Part shown: positions 38,521 to 52,899 of the stretch, piece by piece | Position numbering within the stretch: the first letter of the stretch is position 1 | Layout of the letters: every line of letters begins with the position of its first letter | Source of the DNA: Sphyrna mokarran | Taxonomy: Eukaryota | Reading direction: 5' to 3' | DNA length: 64,000 nucleotides | Assembly (NCBI GenBank): GCA_024679065.1 | Contig: JAGIQG010000009.1 | Location: forward strand, 100,006,001-100,070,000 | Made by a program: the position numbers and the translations under genes | Notes under the pieces: generated by a model | Told to the model about the DNA's origin: nothing | Database searches by the model: none | What the model saw: only the letters and a program-made list of their open reading frames with translations

Positions 38521-39569
38521 GATTTGAAGGGCGGGGTGATTCGGTAGGAGCGCGATCCCTGCCATTCAGCATCGAGATCGTTGGCGGCGGGGTGTGGGGG
38601 GAGGGGGAACAGACGGTCAATGCGGTGAGGTGGAGGCAATGTTTCCGAGCAGGGAGAGCAGATTAACTGGTGGGAAAGGGGGCGGCTTTTGCCAGGGTGC
38701 AGTATTGAGGCTGGCTACAGCAGCAGACAGCTGTAAGATCTCCCAGACCTGTCAGCTATCTGTTTGTTGCAAACGATTGTCATTCAACCCCTCTTTCAAA
38801 TCGCTAGAAATAGTCTAGTCCATCCATTTTGTGCTCAGTGCCCAAGATTTGTAATGTGGACTCGCCCAAAAACCGGATCTGAAATTTCCATTATCCCCAT
38901 AGCTCGGCGCGTGAACTATTTCTCATAAAGTCGCTCTCATCATTAAAAAAAACGAATTATATGTAAGTCAGATTGACGTCGTTGATGAGGAAACTCAGAA
39001 GCCATTATCAACATTCTCTAACAGAGAACGAAGAGGAGTTTTGCAGAATCGCACAGAATGAGCTGGAGCCATGAAAGGGGTTACATGCTCAACATATATA
39101 CTGAAATTCTCGAAGGGTGCCATTTGTAGATTTTGTGAGATGGAACCAATCGTCTTATGAAGATTTCCGGCAAAGTGCCAAACAATAGATGGACGTGTCA
39201 ACTGAAGCAGTGTATATGTAGTAAAATATTTAGATGATAAAAAAAATGTTGATGAACAAGGAATAAAGGGTAGGAAGAACTGTTTTGAACACCAGACCGT
39301 GGCAATTAGGGACGTCACGGTCTGATCTATGAGAGGGACCATTCATTACATACTTTCATGATTTCTATACAGAAACTAAATACAATACCTCCAAACATGC
39401 AAATACCACAAAGCTCGGTTTGAGGGTAATTTGTTCATTGAATGTATTTCTGTGGTTGTGTTAATTGGACAAACTGAGTGAGTGGGCTCGAATGACAATT
39501 TAAAAATGTGTTTTATAGAATATGGGCCACATTGGCTATCTCATAATGTGTCATGTTTCTCTAGTTGAC

Positions 39570-42320
39570 TATCAAACATAAATGTAGAAAATAGGAGCAG
39601 GAGGGGACCGTTTGGCTCCTCGATCTCACTCCACCATTTCCTTCTTCCCAATATTTCCTTTCATCCCCTTCGTCCCGAGTAGTAAATTGAACTGAGTTTT
39701 GAAAACATACAAAGATATGGTCTCAACACCTTCCCGCTGTAGCGAATTCCAGAGGCTGACGATTCCCTGGGTGTAAAAAAATCTTGCTTTAAACGGACTA
39801 CATTCCAACTCCAGATTCTGACCACAGTTCTCATAATCTCACATTCGGCAACATCCATCTTGCATCTACCCTGTTCCCTCCTGTTTGAATTTAATAGGTT
39901 TGTATTACTCTGACCTCATTCTGCTGAACTCCTGCAAATGAAATCCCGACCGACCAATTCTCTCCTTTTGGGATAGCAGACTGTTGAAGTGGCTCTGCAC
40001 TCACTCTAGAGAAAGAACACTCTTCCTCAAATAAGGAGACCAAAGATGCAACAAATACTGCAGTTGTGGAACATCGCCGAGAAATGAATTAATTGCACAA
40101 GCTACCCCTTCTCTTATACTCGAATCATCTCGCTATTAACACCAACGTGCCATTTGCCATTTTCACTGTTTGCTGCAGCTGCATGTTTACGTTCAATGTC
40201 TAAACGTTTAGGATTTATCTATCAGTGTCACGTGAAGACTTGAATTAACGCTGCAGTGAACTTGCTGTGAAAATTCTCCAGTCGCAACGCTCTGGCACTG
40301 TTTTGGTGCATAGATAGAGAATTTAGCATGGCCAAAGTACCTAACCATGACTTAGGTACTGCACGAGGAAACACAGACCTCGATACGCAACCCCCTCTCA
40401 TAAATTATGGTCGTTCTGATAGTAATCTACATTCACGGTTTGCTACTGAACTAGAGAACCTCGCATTTATGTAAATTATACTCTAATTGCCATGTACGTG
40501 TCCATTCATTCTACTTGCACAAATTACATTGAAACAACTCTGCATCTTCTTTCAAGCACACCTTTCTGATCTGTTTTGCCTCATCTGCACATTTCAACTT
40601 ATAACACGTAGCCTCCACATGTAAAACATCATTGTGTACAGTGAATAGGTGGGGACCCGGCACTGTGGTACCTCACTGTTCATTGCCAGCCATTGGGAAA
40701 CATACACATTCGTTCCTACTCTTTGCTTCCTTTCTATCAAACAGTTCCCTTTCCATTTTAATGTTCTGCCACGAATCTCAAGTTATTTAAATTTGCACTT
40801 CATCTCTTCTGTGCCACTAGTTACTTCCTCGAAGAATTTCTCTCGATTTTTCAAATATGATGCTATTTTCATAAAGCCATGCTGACTCTCTCCGATCCTA
40901 CTTTTGTTTTATTAATTTTCCGTTATGAATACTTTTATTACGTATTCCAGTATTTTCCACACCATTCGACTTACTTGGCAATAATTTCCTGATTTCTCTC
41001 CACCTCCGGTGTAAAATGATTGAGGTTTTTAGCTAAGATTTCAGCTAGCCTCTGTTATCGGACAGCAAGTTTTATGAAATTAGGCACACGCTATGGAAGC
41101 AGACTAAAAATCACACTCAGAACCCCTACACTAAAAATCACAAAATCATAGACACAGACTGTTAGAATGCAAATGAGGACTAGCACACAAGAAAAGCTGG
41201 TCAAGAAGTCAACCCCAGGAGCTAAATTAAAAAGCACACCTCCCCACTCTACTAAATCGGCATTTTTAAGACAGTCAAATAACCTACGGAGACATGTTAT
41301 GATTACCATAACTAAGGAAACCTTCTTGGCTCCTCAAACTTCCTGAGAATAATTGCACACCTCTTGTTAAAGCCTCGGAGATTCCAGACCATCGATAATC
41401 AGTCAGACAAAAATGATTAACACATACTTAAAACAACCACCCACACACTTGAAAAAATCTAGACAGGATGGCCAAAATCAAATACTGTCAATAAAGCATT
41501 AACATTTGAATCGCACACTACACTGAAGTTTGGGTACAACTATAGTCCGTTTCGGTGTGTCTGTAGTGTGCTTTCGGGACAGTTCGATTGTATGTCCTGA
41601 CTGCAACTCCATCGACGTAAAATAAAATAAAGCTGTACCGTTGTTGAACTTGACCCTGAGTCTGTAGTGGTGGTTTCACCCACTCGCGCTAACACCTCCA
41701 CTCAATAGAAATGGTTCCATTGTCGACAGATTATTGGGAGATAATTAGCAATATATCGACTTTTAACTTAGTACAGCTTACTAAACACTCCAGTATTTAG
41801 ATTATCAGGTCCACTGGATTGGTTGGCTTTCAATCACATCCGTTTACTCAACACAATGTTTCCATCACTACTGATCTCCTTCAGTACCAGTAATTCAGTA
41901 AACGCGCTGTTCTGCAGCATTTCTAGTATCTTAGTAGTGCCATCTTTTGTGAAGTCAGAACCAGAGCATATATTCAACTGTTCAGCAATGTTCCTCGTTA
42001 AAAATTCCCCTGACTGTAATGAACCTACACCTGTGCTCACCAATATTTCACTTCTTCATATTGAGTTATTTTTGAGTTAAGTTTTTTTTTATGTTTCTGT
42101 TTTCCCCAATCTTATTCGAATATAATGGTTTCTACATTTTACTCAGATCCGTGCCCCCCATTTTTTGAATTCTAAAGTGTTCCCAATCATTAATTTGGCA
42201 TTTTTAAAAACATTTTGTGTGGCTCTTTCTTGAATCCTATACTATTGCTAATTTCCATTAAAGCAATTGTTTGGTTAACGTTCCTGTTTCATTGTTGAAA
42301 CAATTAGGAAAATAAATCAG
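39570..42320 (-). mobile_element. Decayed CR1 LINE (interrupted by a solo LTR)
   Basis: FYTQGIVSLWNSL, cagcatggcttt (QHGF) on the minus strand, and AEQLNICSGSDFTKD. Confidence 0.8.
41053..41694 (+). mobile_element. Solo LTR (642 bp)
   Basis: TGTTA...TAACA ends with a perfect 4-bp TSD CCTC (41049-52 and 41695-98). AATAAA near 41620-41630. It interrupts a CR1. Confidence 0.85.
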
Positions 42321-43079
42321 TAGTTTCAAACCCGCTGAGGGGATGGTGGACATGTGCAGTTTTTGCGCTTTAAGTGTACATCGAATTCGAAATGCAGACG
42401 GAGACCATTCGGTCTGCAATGACTACAATCTCTCCGAGGCCCTACCTCTGTAACTGTGTAACCCTGTAAGCCCTGGAACTATTCCATGCTCATCTTCAAC
42501 ACCAGAGCTCCCCAAGGCTGTGTTATTAGCCAGCTACTCTGCTCTTATACACCAATGGCAAGTCCACTCCAAATTGAATTTCAAGTTTGCTGCGGACACA
42601 CTGTAGTTGGTCGGATCTCAAACTATGACAAGACACATTATAGGAATGAGATAGAGAATCTGGTGAACTGGTGCGGCAACACTAATCTTTCCCTCAATGT
42701 CAAGAAAACGAAGGAGATTGCCATTGACTTCAGGAAGCGTAAAGGAGAATACGCCCCTGCCTATATAATGGGGCGAAATAGAAAGGGTTGAGAGCTTCAA
42801 GCTTCGTACGTGTCCAGATCATCAAAAACCTGACCTGGTCCCGCTATGCCGACACTATATTTAAAAGGGCCCAACACAGCCTCTACCTTCTCAGAAGACG
42901 AAGGAAATTTGGCATGTAACTTACAACTCATCAACCTTTACAGATGCACTATGAAAGCTTGATTTCTGGTTGCATCACAACTTGGTATGACTCCTGGTCT
43001 GCTCAAGGCCGCAAGAAACTACAAAAGATCGCGAATGTAGCTCAATCCATGACGCAAGTTAGCTTCCTATCTTTTGGCT

Positions 43080-43410
43080 ATGAACAAAGAATAAAGAAGA
43101 AAACAGCACAGGAAACAGGCCTTTGTGTACAACGAGTCCGCGCCGCCACTTCGATGTTCGCACTTTCACCCATGCCCATGATCTATGTCTATGTTTATAG
43201 AAATCTGCATTGGAACCAAATTTGCGAGGCAATTTAGGGAGAATTTGTTTTGACAATCAGCCAAAGAGCACATATTTAGGGTATGGGAAGAAACCGGAGC
43301 CCCCGGAGAAAACACACGCAAGCACGGGTAGAATGCATAAACTCCCACAGACACAGGCCCAAACCCATGTATCTGCACAGCACAGTGATAGTCACTGAGC
43401 TGTCGTGTTG
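43080..43410 (-). mobile_element. HE1-like tRNA-derived SINE
   Basis: gtgtgttttctccggggGctccggtttcttccc core with a LINE-like 3' tail. Confidence 0.8.
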
Positions 43411-43629
43411 CCCATCAACTGGTCCAGTTCAAGCGTACCACTAACGATGGGAAGCTCTAGGATACTCTCGAAAAATCCAAGAGCAGCCAGCTCACGACTC
43501 ATGTGTATGCCACTTGTTAGACAACAAGGCAGACCGAAGTACCTAGAGGATAAAACAGAAATACATCAATATCATTCACAATTTACACAATTCCCAGGGA
43601 ACTCCCAAGGCTTATGATCCCTATTTTAA

Positions 43630-44200
43630 ATTAGTCTTCTATATCCCTCCATCGCCATTCTGTTCATGTGCCCATCTAAGTATCTCTTAAATGACTCCAG
43701 TGTGCCTGCCTTCACCACCTTACCCGGCAGAGCGTTCCATACCGCCACAACCCTCTGCATGAAAATACTCCTTCTAGCATCCAAATTATACCTTATCCCC
43801 CTCTCCCCCCACCCCACCCCCCATCCTAATCCCGTGACCCCTCGTGATATTTGATTCCAACCTAGGAAAAAGCTTACCGCTGTTTACTTTATCTATACCC
43901 CTCACAATCTTGTACACCTCTATTAGATCTCCTCTCAGTCTACGTCTTTCTAAAGAAAATAGGCCCAATTTGCCTAACCTCTCCTCATAACCCAGACCTT
44001 CCATACCTCCTCTGCACTCTGTTCAGAATCTCCACGTCCTTCGGGTAAAAAGCTGACCAGAACTGGACGCAGTATTCCAAATGAGGTCTAACCAACGTTC
44101 TATACAACTGCAACATTAAAGGCCAGCTTTTGTACGCTATACCCCTTTCTATAAAGGCTAGCATACCATATGCTTTCTTCATAACTTTTTCCACTTCCAG
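43630..44200 (-). mobile_element. CR1 LINE 3' fragment
   Basis: LYRTLVRPHLEYCVQFWS and LFSLERRRLRGDLIEVYK. Confidence 0.92.
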
Positions 44201-44539
44201 CTGCCTAGGTAAAACAGGTGGCATAATTACGGAACTCCCACACCCGGTATATTCTTTCTTTCATCTTCTTTCGGGAAAAAGATAAAAAAATTCTGAGGTC
44301 ACATTTCAACCGACTCAAGAACAGCTCTTTCCTGCTGTGTCAGACTTTTGAATGAACTTACCAACATTAAGTTGATGTTTCCCTACACCCTAGCTATGGC
44401 TGTAACGCAACATGCTGCACTCTCTCATTTCTTTCTCTACGGACAGCATGTTTTGTCTGTATACAGCACAAAAACAACATTTTTCTTTGTATGTTAACAC
44501 ATGTTCCAATAATAAATCAAATTAAATCAAACCTATGTA

Positions 44540-44760
44540 TTCAGCATGAGTTCGACGAAAGGGACGATTTAGAATAGCCATTCAACATCATTCCTACATC
44601 TGAAGTATGGTAGCAAAGTAGAACATCAAGTGAAAAGCCACACAAGCACAGGGAGAACGTGCAGACTCCACACAGACAGTCCAGGGCCCTATGGTTGGAA
44701 TTGAACCTAGGACCCTGGCGCTGTGAGCAGCAGTGATAACTATGATGCGACTGCGCCATT
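44540..44760 (-). mobile_element. HE1-like tRNA-derived SINE
   Basis: Head tggcgcagt...cactgctgctcacagcgccagggtcctaggttcaattcc with a B-box-like motif, followed by the core. Confidence 0.85.
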
Positions 44761-45244
44761 TCTTCCCACTGCTTGTCGGTGATTGGGCGTAAAGTAATAC
44801 CTAATAAGAATAAATCGATGCTTGGCAGTGAGGTCGACAGTTGACACGCATTGGTTTCTGTGGCCCAGTGAAACTATTCCTCAGTATCGGCTTCTAGCCT
44901 GGAGTGCGAAGGGTAAAACAAAACCCGAGCGCAAAGTGTTCGGCAGGACAGTCAAAACTGATTTACTTGAGCTTGACTTCACCCATAGTGCTGTGTTGTG
45001 ATGGAAATAGTTGCAGGATTTTTATCCATTGACAAGGAAGGAACGGTGAAACATTTCCAAGTCTGGATATCGAGTGACTTAGAGTGGAAGTTGCAGGCTT
45101 TGTTGTTTGCAGGTATGCGCTAAATTTGGAGCATGCAGTGGAAAGAAGTTAAGTTATACACTCTGTGGCAAAAGTTACAATTCAAAATATAACACGAATG
45201 GCTGCAGATACTGAGGAGATTCATGTTCTGTCTTTGAGAAGACA

Positions 45245-45552
45245 AATCGTAGAATTCCAGCATTGCAAAAGGAGGGCATTCAACCCATGGGCTCTGCTCC
45301 GTCCACAATCCCACACAGGCCTATTCCTGTAACCCCTCTTACTTACCCTGCTAATCCGCTTGATGCAGGGTTTAATTTTAATACGGCCAAACAACATAAC
45401 CAGCACACCTTTGGTCCGTGGAGGGAAACTGGATGAAACCCACGCGGACACGGAAGAATGTGTCAAGTCTATACAGACAGTGACCTGGAATTGAACCTGG
45501 ATCCCTAGCGTTGTGAGGCAGCCGTGCTGACCACTGTGCCACCGTGCCACCC
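45245..45552 (-). mobile_element. HE1-like tRNA-derived SINE
   Basis: ggcacggtggcacagtggtcagcac (A box) and ggttcaattcc (B box), core and LINE-like tail. Confidence 0.9.
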
Positions 45553-45584
45553 AGTCACTGAAGACAAACATACAACTTCAACAG

Positions 45585-46200
45585 GGAGTAAATAAGGCAA
45601 AGAGAAACTGACATTCATAGCAAAAGGATCGCGGTGTTGTGGCGATATGTTCCTACACTTACACAGTGCCTTTTTGCGGTCACACCTGCAGTTTTTTGTG
45701 CATTACTCATCTCCTTATGGGAGGAAGCACAGTCTTGCTATTAAGCAAGCACAGTGAATGTTTGTAAGACTAATCTCACAGAAAGACCAGTGTATACGGA
45801 TAATTCGAGTTGGTTGGTATTGCATTCGATTGAGTTCAGAAGAATGAATGAAAACCTCATTGAAAACTAAAAATCTGCAGGACATGAAAGTATTAATACA
45901 GGAGGGATGTTGAAGGTGTTGTCCTGTCACAGGGCTCATCATCTATGCTAATGAAGGAAACATTTTAGGACGGAGATGAGGGAGAAATTCTTCAGCCATT
46001 ATCGATAAGCTCTTGGAACTAAACAGACTCGAAAGAAATCGAGGGGAAAATGCTGTTTGTTTTCGAGATGGAATTAGATATAGGTCTTGGATGAAGTGTA
46101 TTCAAAGATATAGTTGGAAGTGGGATTGGGGTCTTTGGGTTGGACTTTCAATTATAGTCATTGTTAATGGAGAAGGTTCGAAATGCCGAATGACTTTCCT
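45585..46200 (+). mobile_element. Highly decayed CR1 3' fragment
   Basis: gcggtcacacctgcagtttttt and ttttaggacggagatgagggagaaattcttcagcca. Confidence 0.7.
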
Positions 46201-46209
46201 TGATTCTAT

Positions 46210-47200
46210 ATTTTATATTTCATTCCTCCTTCAACACCTACCCAGTTATTTATGTCCTGCCTCCTCAAACGTGCGTTCTGCACCCACACTCATCGTTCCA
46301 TCTTCCCAGCTACTTTTTATATTCTCCGACCAAGGACTACCTCATAACCAACATCACAGCCACCTCTCCCAACACATTCATGTTTTGCATATGTCTGCTT
46401 AGCCATCAAGCACACATAATTATGTCAACACCCCATGCAAATTCTCAATTAACCACTTTAGTCAATTATCCGAAGTGCCCTTTCACAAAATGAAACGTCA
46501 TAGCAACTGCACCACTCTGCAAACTTCTAGATATTCTCATTAAAAAAAAACTGCACACATCATAGTCTGACCACTGACCCATCTTACAGGATATGTCACA
46601 TACTTGTCTAAACACACAAACGAGTCAGGCCTCTAATCCCGCAACTGCTGACCTCACACAACTCTCCATCAGATCCACTTCAATCGCGTGCCTGCTTCTC
46701 GCCTACCCAGGCACGACATGATTTTCATTCTCATCTACCTGAAATTCTTCCATAAACCCCACTTATGCAAACACCTCAACCATTTACCTTATTGCACACT
46801 TGACATGCCTTCTCATGATTTTGTCGATTGATCTCTAGCCTTGCCTAGTGTTCAGTCGGCATAACTCTCTATCTCATCGATCTCAATGACATATAAATAT
46901 ACCATCATAAACGCTCATTGCATCTATCTTCACACTTACTCACTCAGAGCCATTGCCGATCTCACCTGAGCCATCATCCCAGCTATCCACGCAATCTAAT
47001 TAGCCCAACACGCAATAGTTCACTACACCACGTTCCACATCTACCTTCAACTCCCTTTTGCCATCTCTAATCTGAACATTTCAATAATTCTTGCAACTCC
47101 CCTATACACTCACCGACCTCTCTGAACAATTGCCACAAATCATTCCTAATTCCAAACTCAACAGTTATGATCTATTCAACGACTCAACCGTTCATTTTGC
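46210..47200. repeat. G-poor, C/A-rich tract
   Basis: Same composition and polarity as the other tracts. Confidence 0.55.
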
Positions 47201-47399
47201 CAGCAGTGCACTTACTTAAGCATTTACCATGAGACTGTTTTCAAAGTATGTGACCATTACGCACGTTGGAATGCAACAATTGGTCCGCAATTCTGTGCTG
47301 TGGGCGTCAGTGTTGGGGTCATTCTTCCCATATTATAATTCATCTCCTCTTAATGGAATCCAATAGCAGAGACTGCACTCCCCATTTCTATGTTAGCCT

Positions 47400-50300
47400 G
47401 GATCCGTGGGCGCTAGCAACAATCACAATGGCTTTGGGACATTAAATTGGTTCCATGTACCCAAATTCATTGAATATTTCACAGCTTCGAAGTTGTCAGA
47501 TATTGTGCTTGGCATAGTGTTTTTTTTTTTGCTTCTATACATTTGCCATTTCAGATAGAATTGCATAGTATTGTCTTCAGATGAATGAACATGAACATCA
47601 ATCAAGAAAGCAGACATATGTCTAAGTTGACATTTTATAAATTCCGAATTTTAAACAATAGTATATGTTGCAATGAAGAGTGGAAATATAGCAATAGAAT
47701 TGATAGATTTTCCCACCTAACTTTTTCAGGCCCCTTTGGAATTCTTCACAATCTAAATTTAAAATAATGATTACTTGTAAATCATGATCTGTTAGTAACA
47801 TTTTGTTTCTCATTTCATGGATGACAAATCAATCATGAATTTTGGGAATATAACCTTCGACATGATAGCTCCAACATAACATGAAACATAAATCACATCA
47901 TCGGAAAGATTTTCAGAATAGTTAGATAGCCGGCAGCTCTTTTCATGCCACTGCCAGGTGAAAATCTCCATAAATTGCGTTGTGACGTCAGCTTTAATGA
48001 AGAGAAGTTGAACGTTGCATAATATATCGAACAATTAAAATATTCCACTGACGTTATCCGTGAAAAAAAATCCCCCAAAAAATCAATGCATTCGTTCCAC
48101 CTATAAATAATTGGAAAAAACTTGTTCAATTTTCGAAATTTAAGAGGAACATTCCATGAATAAATATTTGGAAATACTCATAGGTATATCGAAATTTACG
48201 AGAAGCATTGAACAAAAATTTATATTGTGAATATGTCGCCAATGTTTTTAAATATGAACCGGTTTCCAGAAGTCATGGTGAATGTTATTCGGATACGTGT
48301 TCAGTTCCAGCATAATTGCTAGTCGAAGGTAATTCAATTAATTAAAATAATTCGAATTAGAAAAAATATGTAAACAAACAATAACAATTACAAATTTGCC
48401 TCGAGGTCCTACAGAGAAAAAAAAAAGTGTTCCACAATAACATTTGGAGACCGGTACGACCATTCAATTGACATGAGCATCCAGCATGATTGTCGGGGTC
48501 AATAACAAATTGGTAGACTTCCAAATTGCTTTGAAATTGACTGGTAAACCACCCTGTTGTTCTAAACTGCTATAGAAATGCAAGAATAATATACCCCACT
48601 GAACCCAGCCTGAGTAATTGTCTATATGAAATATTGGGTATTAGTGTCAAGTTATCAGATTCTTATCACGTGCTATTCAAACATATGTATGAATTAACTG
48701 CACTAAAGTATCTCACCAATCATTTTTTTTTTTATTTTGTCCATGATTAATTCTTGCCTTTCCTGTTGAAAAAAAAACAATGTTTTCTGCCGTGGTGGTG
48801 ATAGTTGTGCTTCATAACGCAGACATGCTTTTGAATCGTTTTCTGCCAAGGCAGAACATGCAACATCTGCATTCGACGTTGTCATATGAATTACACAATT
48901 CGCCTCCTTCTTGTTTTCGGCTCCTCTTTATTTATTGTATTTTTCTATGCTTCTGGACACACTGAGTTTTCCTATCTGTTGGCATTGACCACAACGCATT
49001 CAAATGTTCCAACTCCCGATATATTGGCGTATGGTTGTACACAGAGACATGTGGAAGTGAGTTCGTAGCGCACATGGCCATTGGCTACTCCGTCTTCATC
49101 CAGCAGGTGAAAGTAGCTGAAACAGAGGCACTGTTTTCTTCTCGACGGCCCGGGGTTGGTTGCATTTGTACGATCTAGGCTCACTAAGTTCTTGATTTAA
49201 GAAATGGGAGCAGATGTTTCGGAGGTGGAGGTGGGAGTTGTTCAACTGGTTTTCCTGCCCAAAGTGCTCATCCAGTCTTAGCTATAATCGGGGAACACAC
49301 TCAACGTTGACAAATTCACAATATAAAATTGAAAGGTATATTTGTCCATTCTGTCTTACAAAGCATGGCGAGGATTGATGCAACCTGTTTTTTTTGATAG
49401 GAATGCAATTTTCAAAACGTATTGATCACTGGTTGCCCTCTACGGAATATAGCTATGTGAAGTGATCCCACTTTTTTTGCAGTTCCTACAGAGTGTGCTT
49501 GATAACCAGTTGTAGTGTGATAGGGTATCTTTCTATCATTACTCCACGGTTTATCGTGTCCCTCCGTCTTGTATAATCATAACATTTTGTAGTACAACTG
49601 TGTAAGGTTTCCTCATCATTGACATCAGAATTCCATCGTTGTCCGTGGTTCAAACCAAACTTCACATTGGCTGCATCGTCGTCGATACCATATATATCTC
49701 TGATGCTTATGGTCAAGCACTTTCACACATGAATGTCATTATATTTTTCATTTGACGATGTAGGACTTAACATGAAATATAACGGTCATTGCCACAGCAG
49801 AACACTCTGTGATAGGCATTTAGCAGATGGTGTCTGAGTTTTTAAATGCACAAGGCCCATAACTTCAATTGTGCAAATTTCACTGACTGCAAGTGACAGG
49901 AAGGAGTGTGAGAACAATATATTTCAAGGAATGACAATACAAAAGAATGAACTATTTCAAAGCTTTATATCGTTGAGCTAGCGAACTTTTCTCTTGTGTT
50001 GCCAAACAAATACGAATTTATATTGAAGCGTTTTGTTGAGCAACGGTTTGTTTTCCCCATCGATGAATTAACTAAACATCTTTGCTTTTACTGCTAAATA
50101 CTTCTATGCGATTTTGGACGGGAATATTAATTTGTCTGCAGTGTTCGTAACACATGCGTTGCAGGTGACAATCTAGTGATGCATTTACAGTAGTTCTTCC
50201 AGTTCTGAAAAAAAAAACAATCTTTTGGCTGCAGTTTTTCAGCTGAAATTGGCATAATAGTAATCAATTTGTTCCGTTATACTCTGCAGGGAGACGCTCA

Positions 50301-52200
50301 GGTGCTTATTGAAATCGCCGTGGTCGTCGTTGCGTCTGCAGGCTTACAGTTGTTCCCTCGCCATAATGGTGCGACACAGTCTGCAGCAGAGACTAACAAG
50401 TTCGGGAACGGACTGTTACTCCTGCTTGTGCATTTCAGAAATTATACCATTAGTAACTTGTGTTTCCTGCGTTGCAAGAGATCCTAATGTTTTTTATTCA
50501 GTTTCTACAGAATATGCTTGATAACCAGTTGTCGTGTGATGGGGTGACTTTCTATCATTACTCCACAGGTTCTCGTGTCCCCACGTCTTGTATAATCATA
50601 AGGAGTACAACTGCGAAACTTTCTTCATCATTGACACCAGATTTCCATCATTAATAAATGTACTACAAAACTGTTTCTTGCTTAAGTAATGAACATTCGA
50701 AAGAAACGAGGCATCATCGGAGCTACAGATGCCCAGTGTGGGAGATTTCATTTCCGTGGACTAGTTCTTGTTTTGTTGCAGATTAATGGTGATGTCTATG
50801 TTGTGAAAAATGTGCCTACCAGACTTAGTCTGCAGGAATCGTTTCCGACCGATCAGGATGGAAACTTCAATTAAACACACGTTTAATATCCAACTGCCAC
50901 ATGTGTTTGTGCAGCTAACGTGCAGGAAGTGCAATCTTCATACTGGGGCCACCGTCTAATTCTTTGTGCAAGACTTGCAGATTGATGGTGGATTGAATTC
51001 ACAACATCTATGAAGTTCTGAAGTTCTGAACTGTGTATTGACGAAGAAATGCACAACTGTAAATTTCTGAACTGTGTATCGATGAAGAAACGTGCAAGTT
51101 TGTAGCCTGACGAATACAAGAACCTAATATTTTCTTCGAGCAACTGTGTATAACATTGCTTCAAAGGCGATTGCAAGGAATTATTCAGCAACTGAAATGA
51201 TTTCACATACAAATGAAATACAAATCACAACACAGGCGGACACAAATTTTAAAGAGCGGATTAGTACAAATCACTATACTGGTCACAAATTTCGTCCTGA
51301 ATTATGGTGCACATTCAGAAAGTCGTTCTGAGGACTACCATCGACAACTGAGTTGCGCTTGAATCCACAACATCATTCAAAAGGCAGTGATGAACATTTT
51401 ATGGTCATTTCGCAACAATTTTCCTGTTTCTAACATCAATGTCGGCCGGGTGTTAAATCGCCGACATCAGAAACCATTAATGCGACAGTTCTTACTATTC
51501 TCCGTTCCGTCAAGTGACGCTCAACACACGGGACTCAACAAACGTTGCGTTCATGACAACATTCCAAGAGGTTCGTGAAGACTTTTATTTCAGAATTATC
51601 CCCTCACGCAGACAACATTTTCGAGTTGAAGTTAGAATGTGCACAACAAATGGTCTACTTCACACAGTCATGTATCATGTGCACAGAGAAGAAACATCTA
51701 ATGTATTCGGGAAAAAAAAAACAGGAATCAGAAGAAATTTTCCTTGATTATTCAATCAAGCAATACTTAAAAAAATCACAGTGTTAATTAAAGTTGATTC
51801 TGGGTTCCGCACAAACAGTTGGTTATTAATATTATTCCAGCCTTCCTTCAAAAATGGATAAATAAATCGTTTCCCCATTTAAGTTAGAGTCATTGTTCTT
51901 TACATACAATCCGCATTTGTCTGTTGTAGGAGCGAGCCGCCGGCAAATGAAAGTCAACACAAATCAGGTGTAAAATCTGCAGCGTATTTTAAGCGAAACA
52001 TGGTGAACAGAATTCTGTCTTCCTCGTAGAAAGTCACTGCATACCAAACATTGGATCACGACTTCGAAATATGTTATCTCTTCGGCATTATTATGTTTAA
52101 GTTGTACATGACTGTCGTTCTCTCTATTTCGCCAAAAATAAGTGGGAATATTCTCTGATTGTTTAACAATGTTTGATACCAGTTGTATGAACACTTAAAT
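47400..52200 (-). mobile_element. Ancient Gypsy pol remnant, possibly chromodomain-bearing
   Basis: In order on the minus strand: KTEFCSP (KTAF-like, about 52010), SLAQRIRRW (RNase H, about 50960), LQLVIKHTL (about 49500), RWNECIDF and ADVTTQFMEIFTW (47950-48100), and LIDVH...QFYLKWQMY...NT (chromodomain-like, 47510-47610). Confidence 0.5.
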
Positions 52201-52899
52201 TGGGGAAAACACAGTGTCAACTGAACAAATCAAACCTGGACAGATTATTGATACTATGTTTAAAGAGCATAGTATCAGGTAACTACCATGTGCAACATCA
52301 AATCACTCCGTAAACTGCAATCAATAGCCAGAGAATAATAGTAAGAAGTCCCTCAACACCAGGTTAAATACCAACAGCTGTATTTTGTAGCAAAAGTAAG
52401 CACTGCCCGACTTGCTGGACTTTAACCTCTGGGTTAAAGTCTCACTTCTTCCTGTATTTACCCTCGTCCAACGACAGCATCTCCACATTGTGAGAATTAT
52501 ACACAGGCAAGTCAATGTTCAATGCAAACAACAGCCTACTTAACTTGATCAGTAATTGAGCCGGAACAGTTCGATACATGTAATGACCTCAAGTACTTGT
52601 CAATCATAAGCAATATGAGGCAAAGTTCTCAGCTGCTATCTCTCCAAAGATACTCCATAATCTGAAGCGCATAACGGAGGATTGTTAGGGAAATCACTCC
52701 AATTGTTTCATGAATTAAACCCCACAAACGCTGAAGATGCTCAGTAGAATCCATATGGCAAAACATACTCTTTGATCAGATGCCCATCTAACATACATAT
52801 GTCAAATTTTAGACTAGCATAGATTTCATCAATATGATTTTATGTAAGCTGCAACATCATCGGTGACCTCTGAAGAAATTAGCCCTGCCCTGAGCACGC

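Larger units (their letters stand above)
42400..44530 (+). mobile_element. Rex1/Babar-type LINE 3' part with nested SINE and CR1
   Basis: NTRAPQGCVIS, LVNWCGNTNLSLNVKKTKEIAIDFRK and ESLISGCITTWY. The 3' end aataaatcaaattaaatcaaa is near 44510-44530. Confidence 0.85.

Noticed and set aside
38525-38770. GC-box-rich promoter
   Set aside because: Short, with no linked exon, and could be a LINE 5' UTR or other repeat.
49486-49716. hAT transposase (DDDAANV...QRWNS)
   Set aside because: The motifs are only about 10 aa apart, whereas they are far apart in hAT transposases. The downstream QLVI context fits a Gypsy pre-integrase region.
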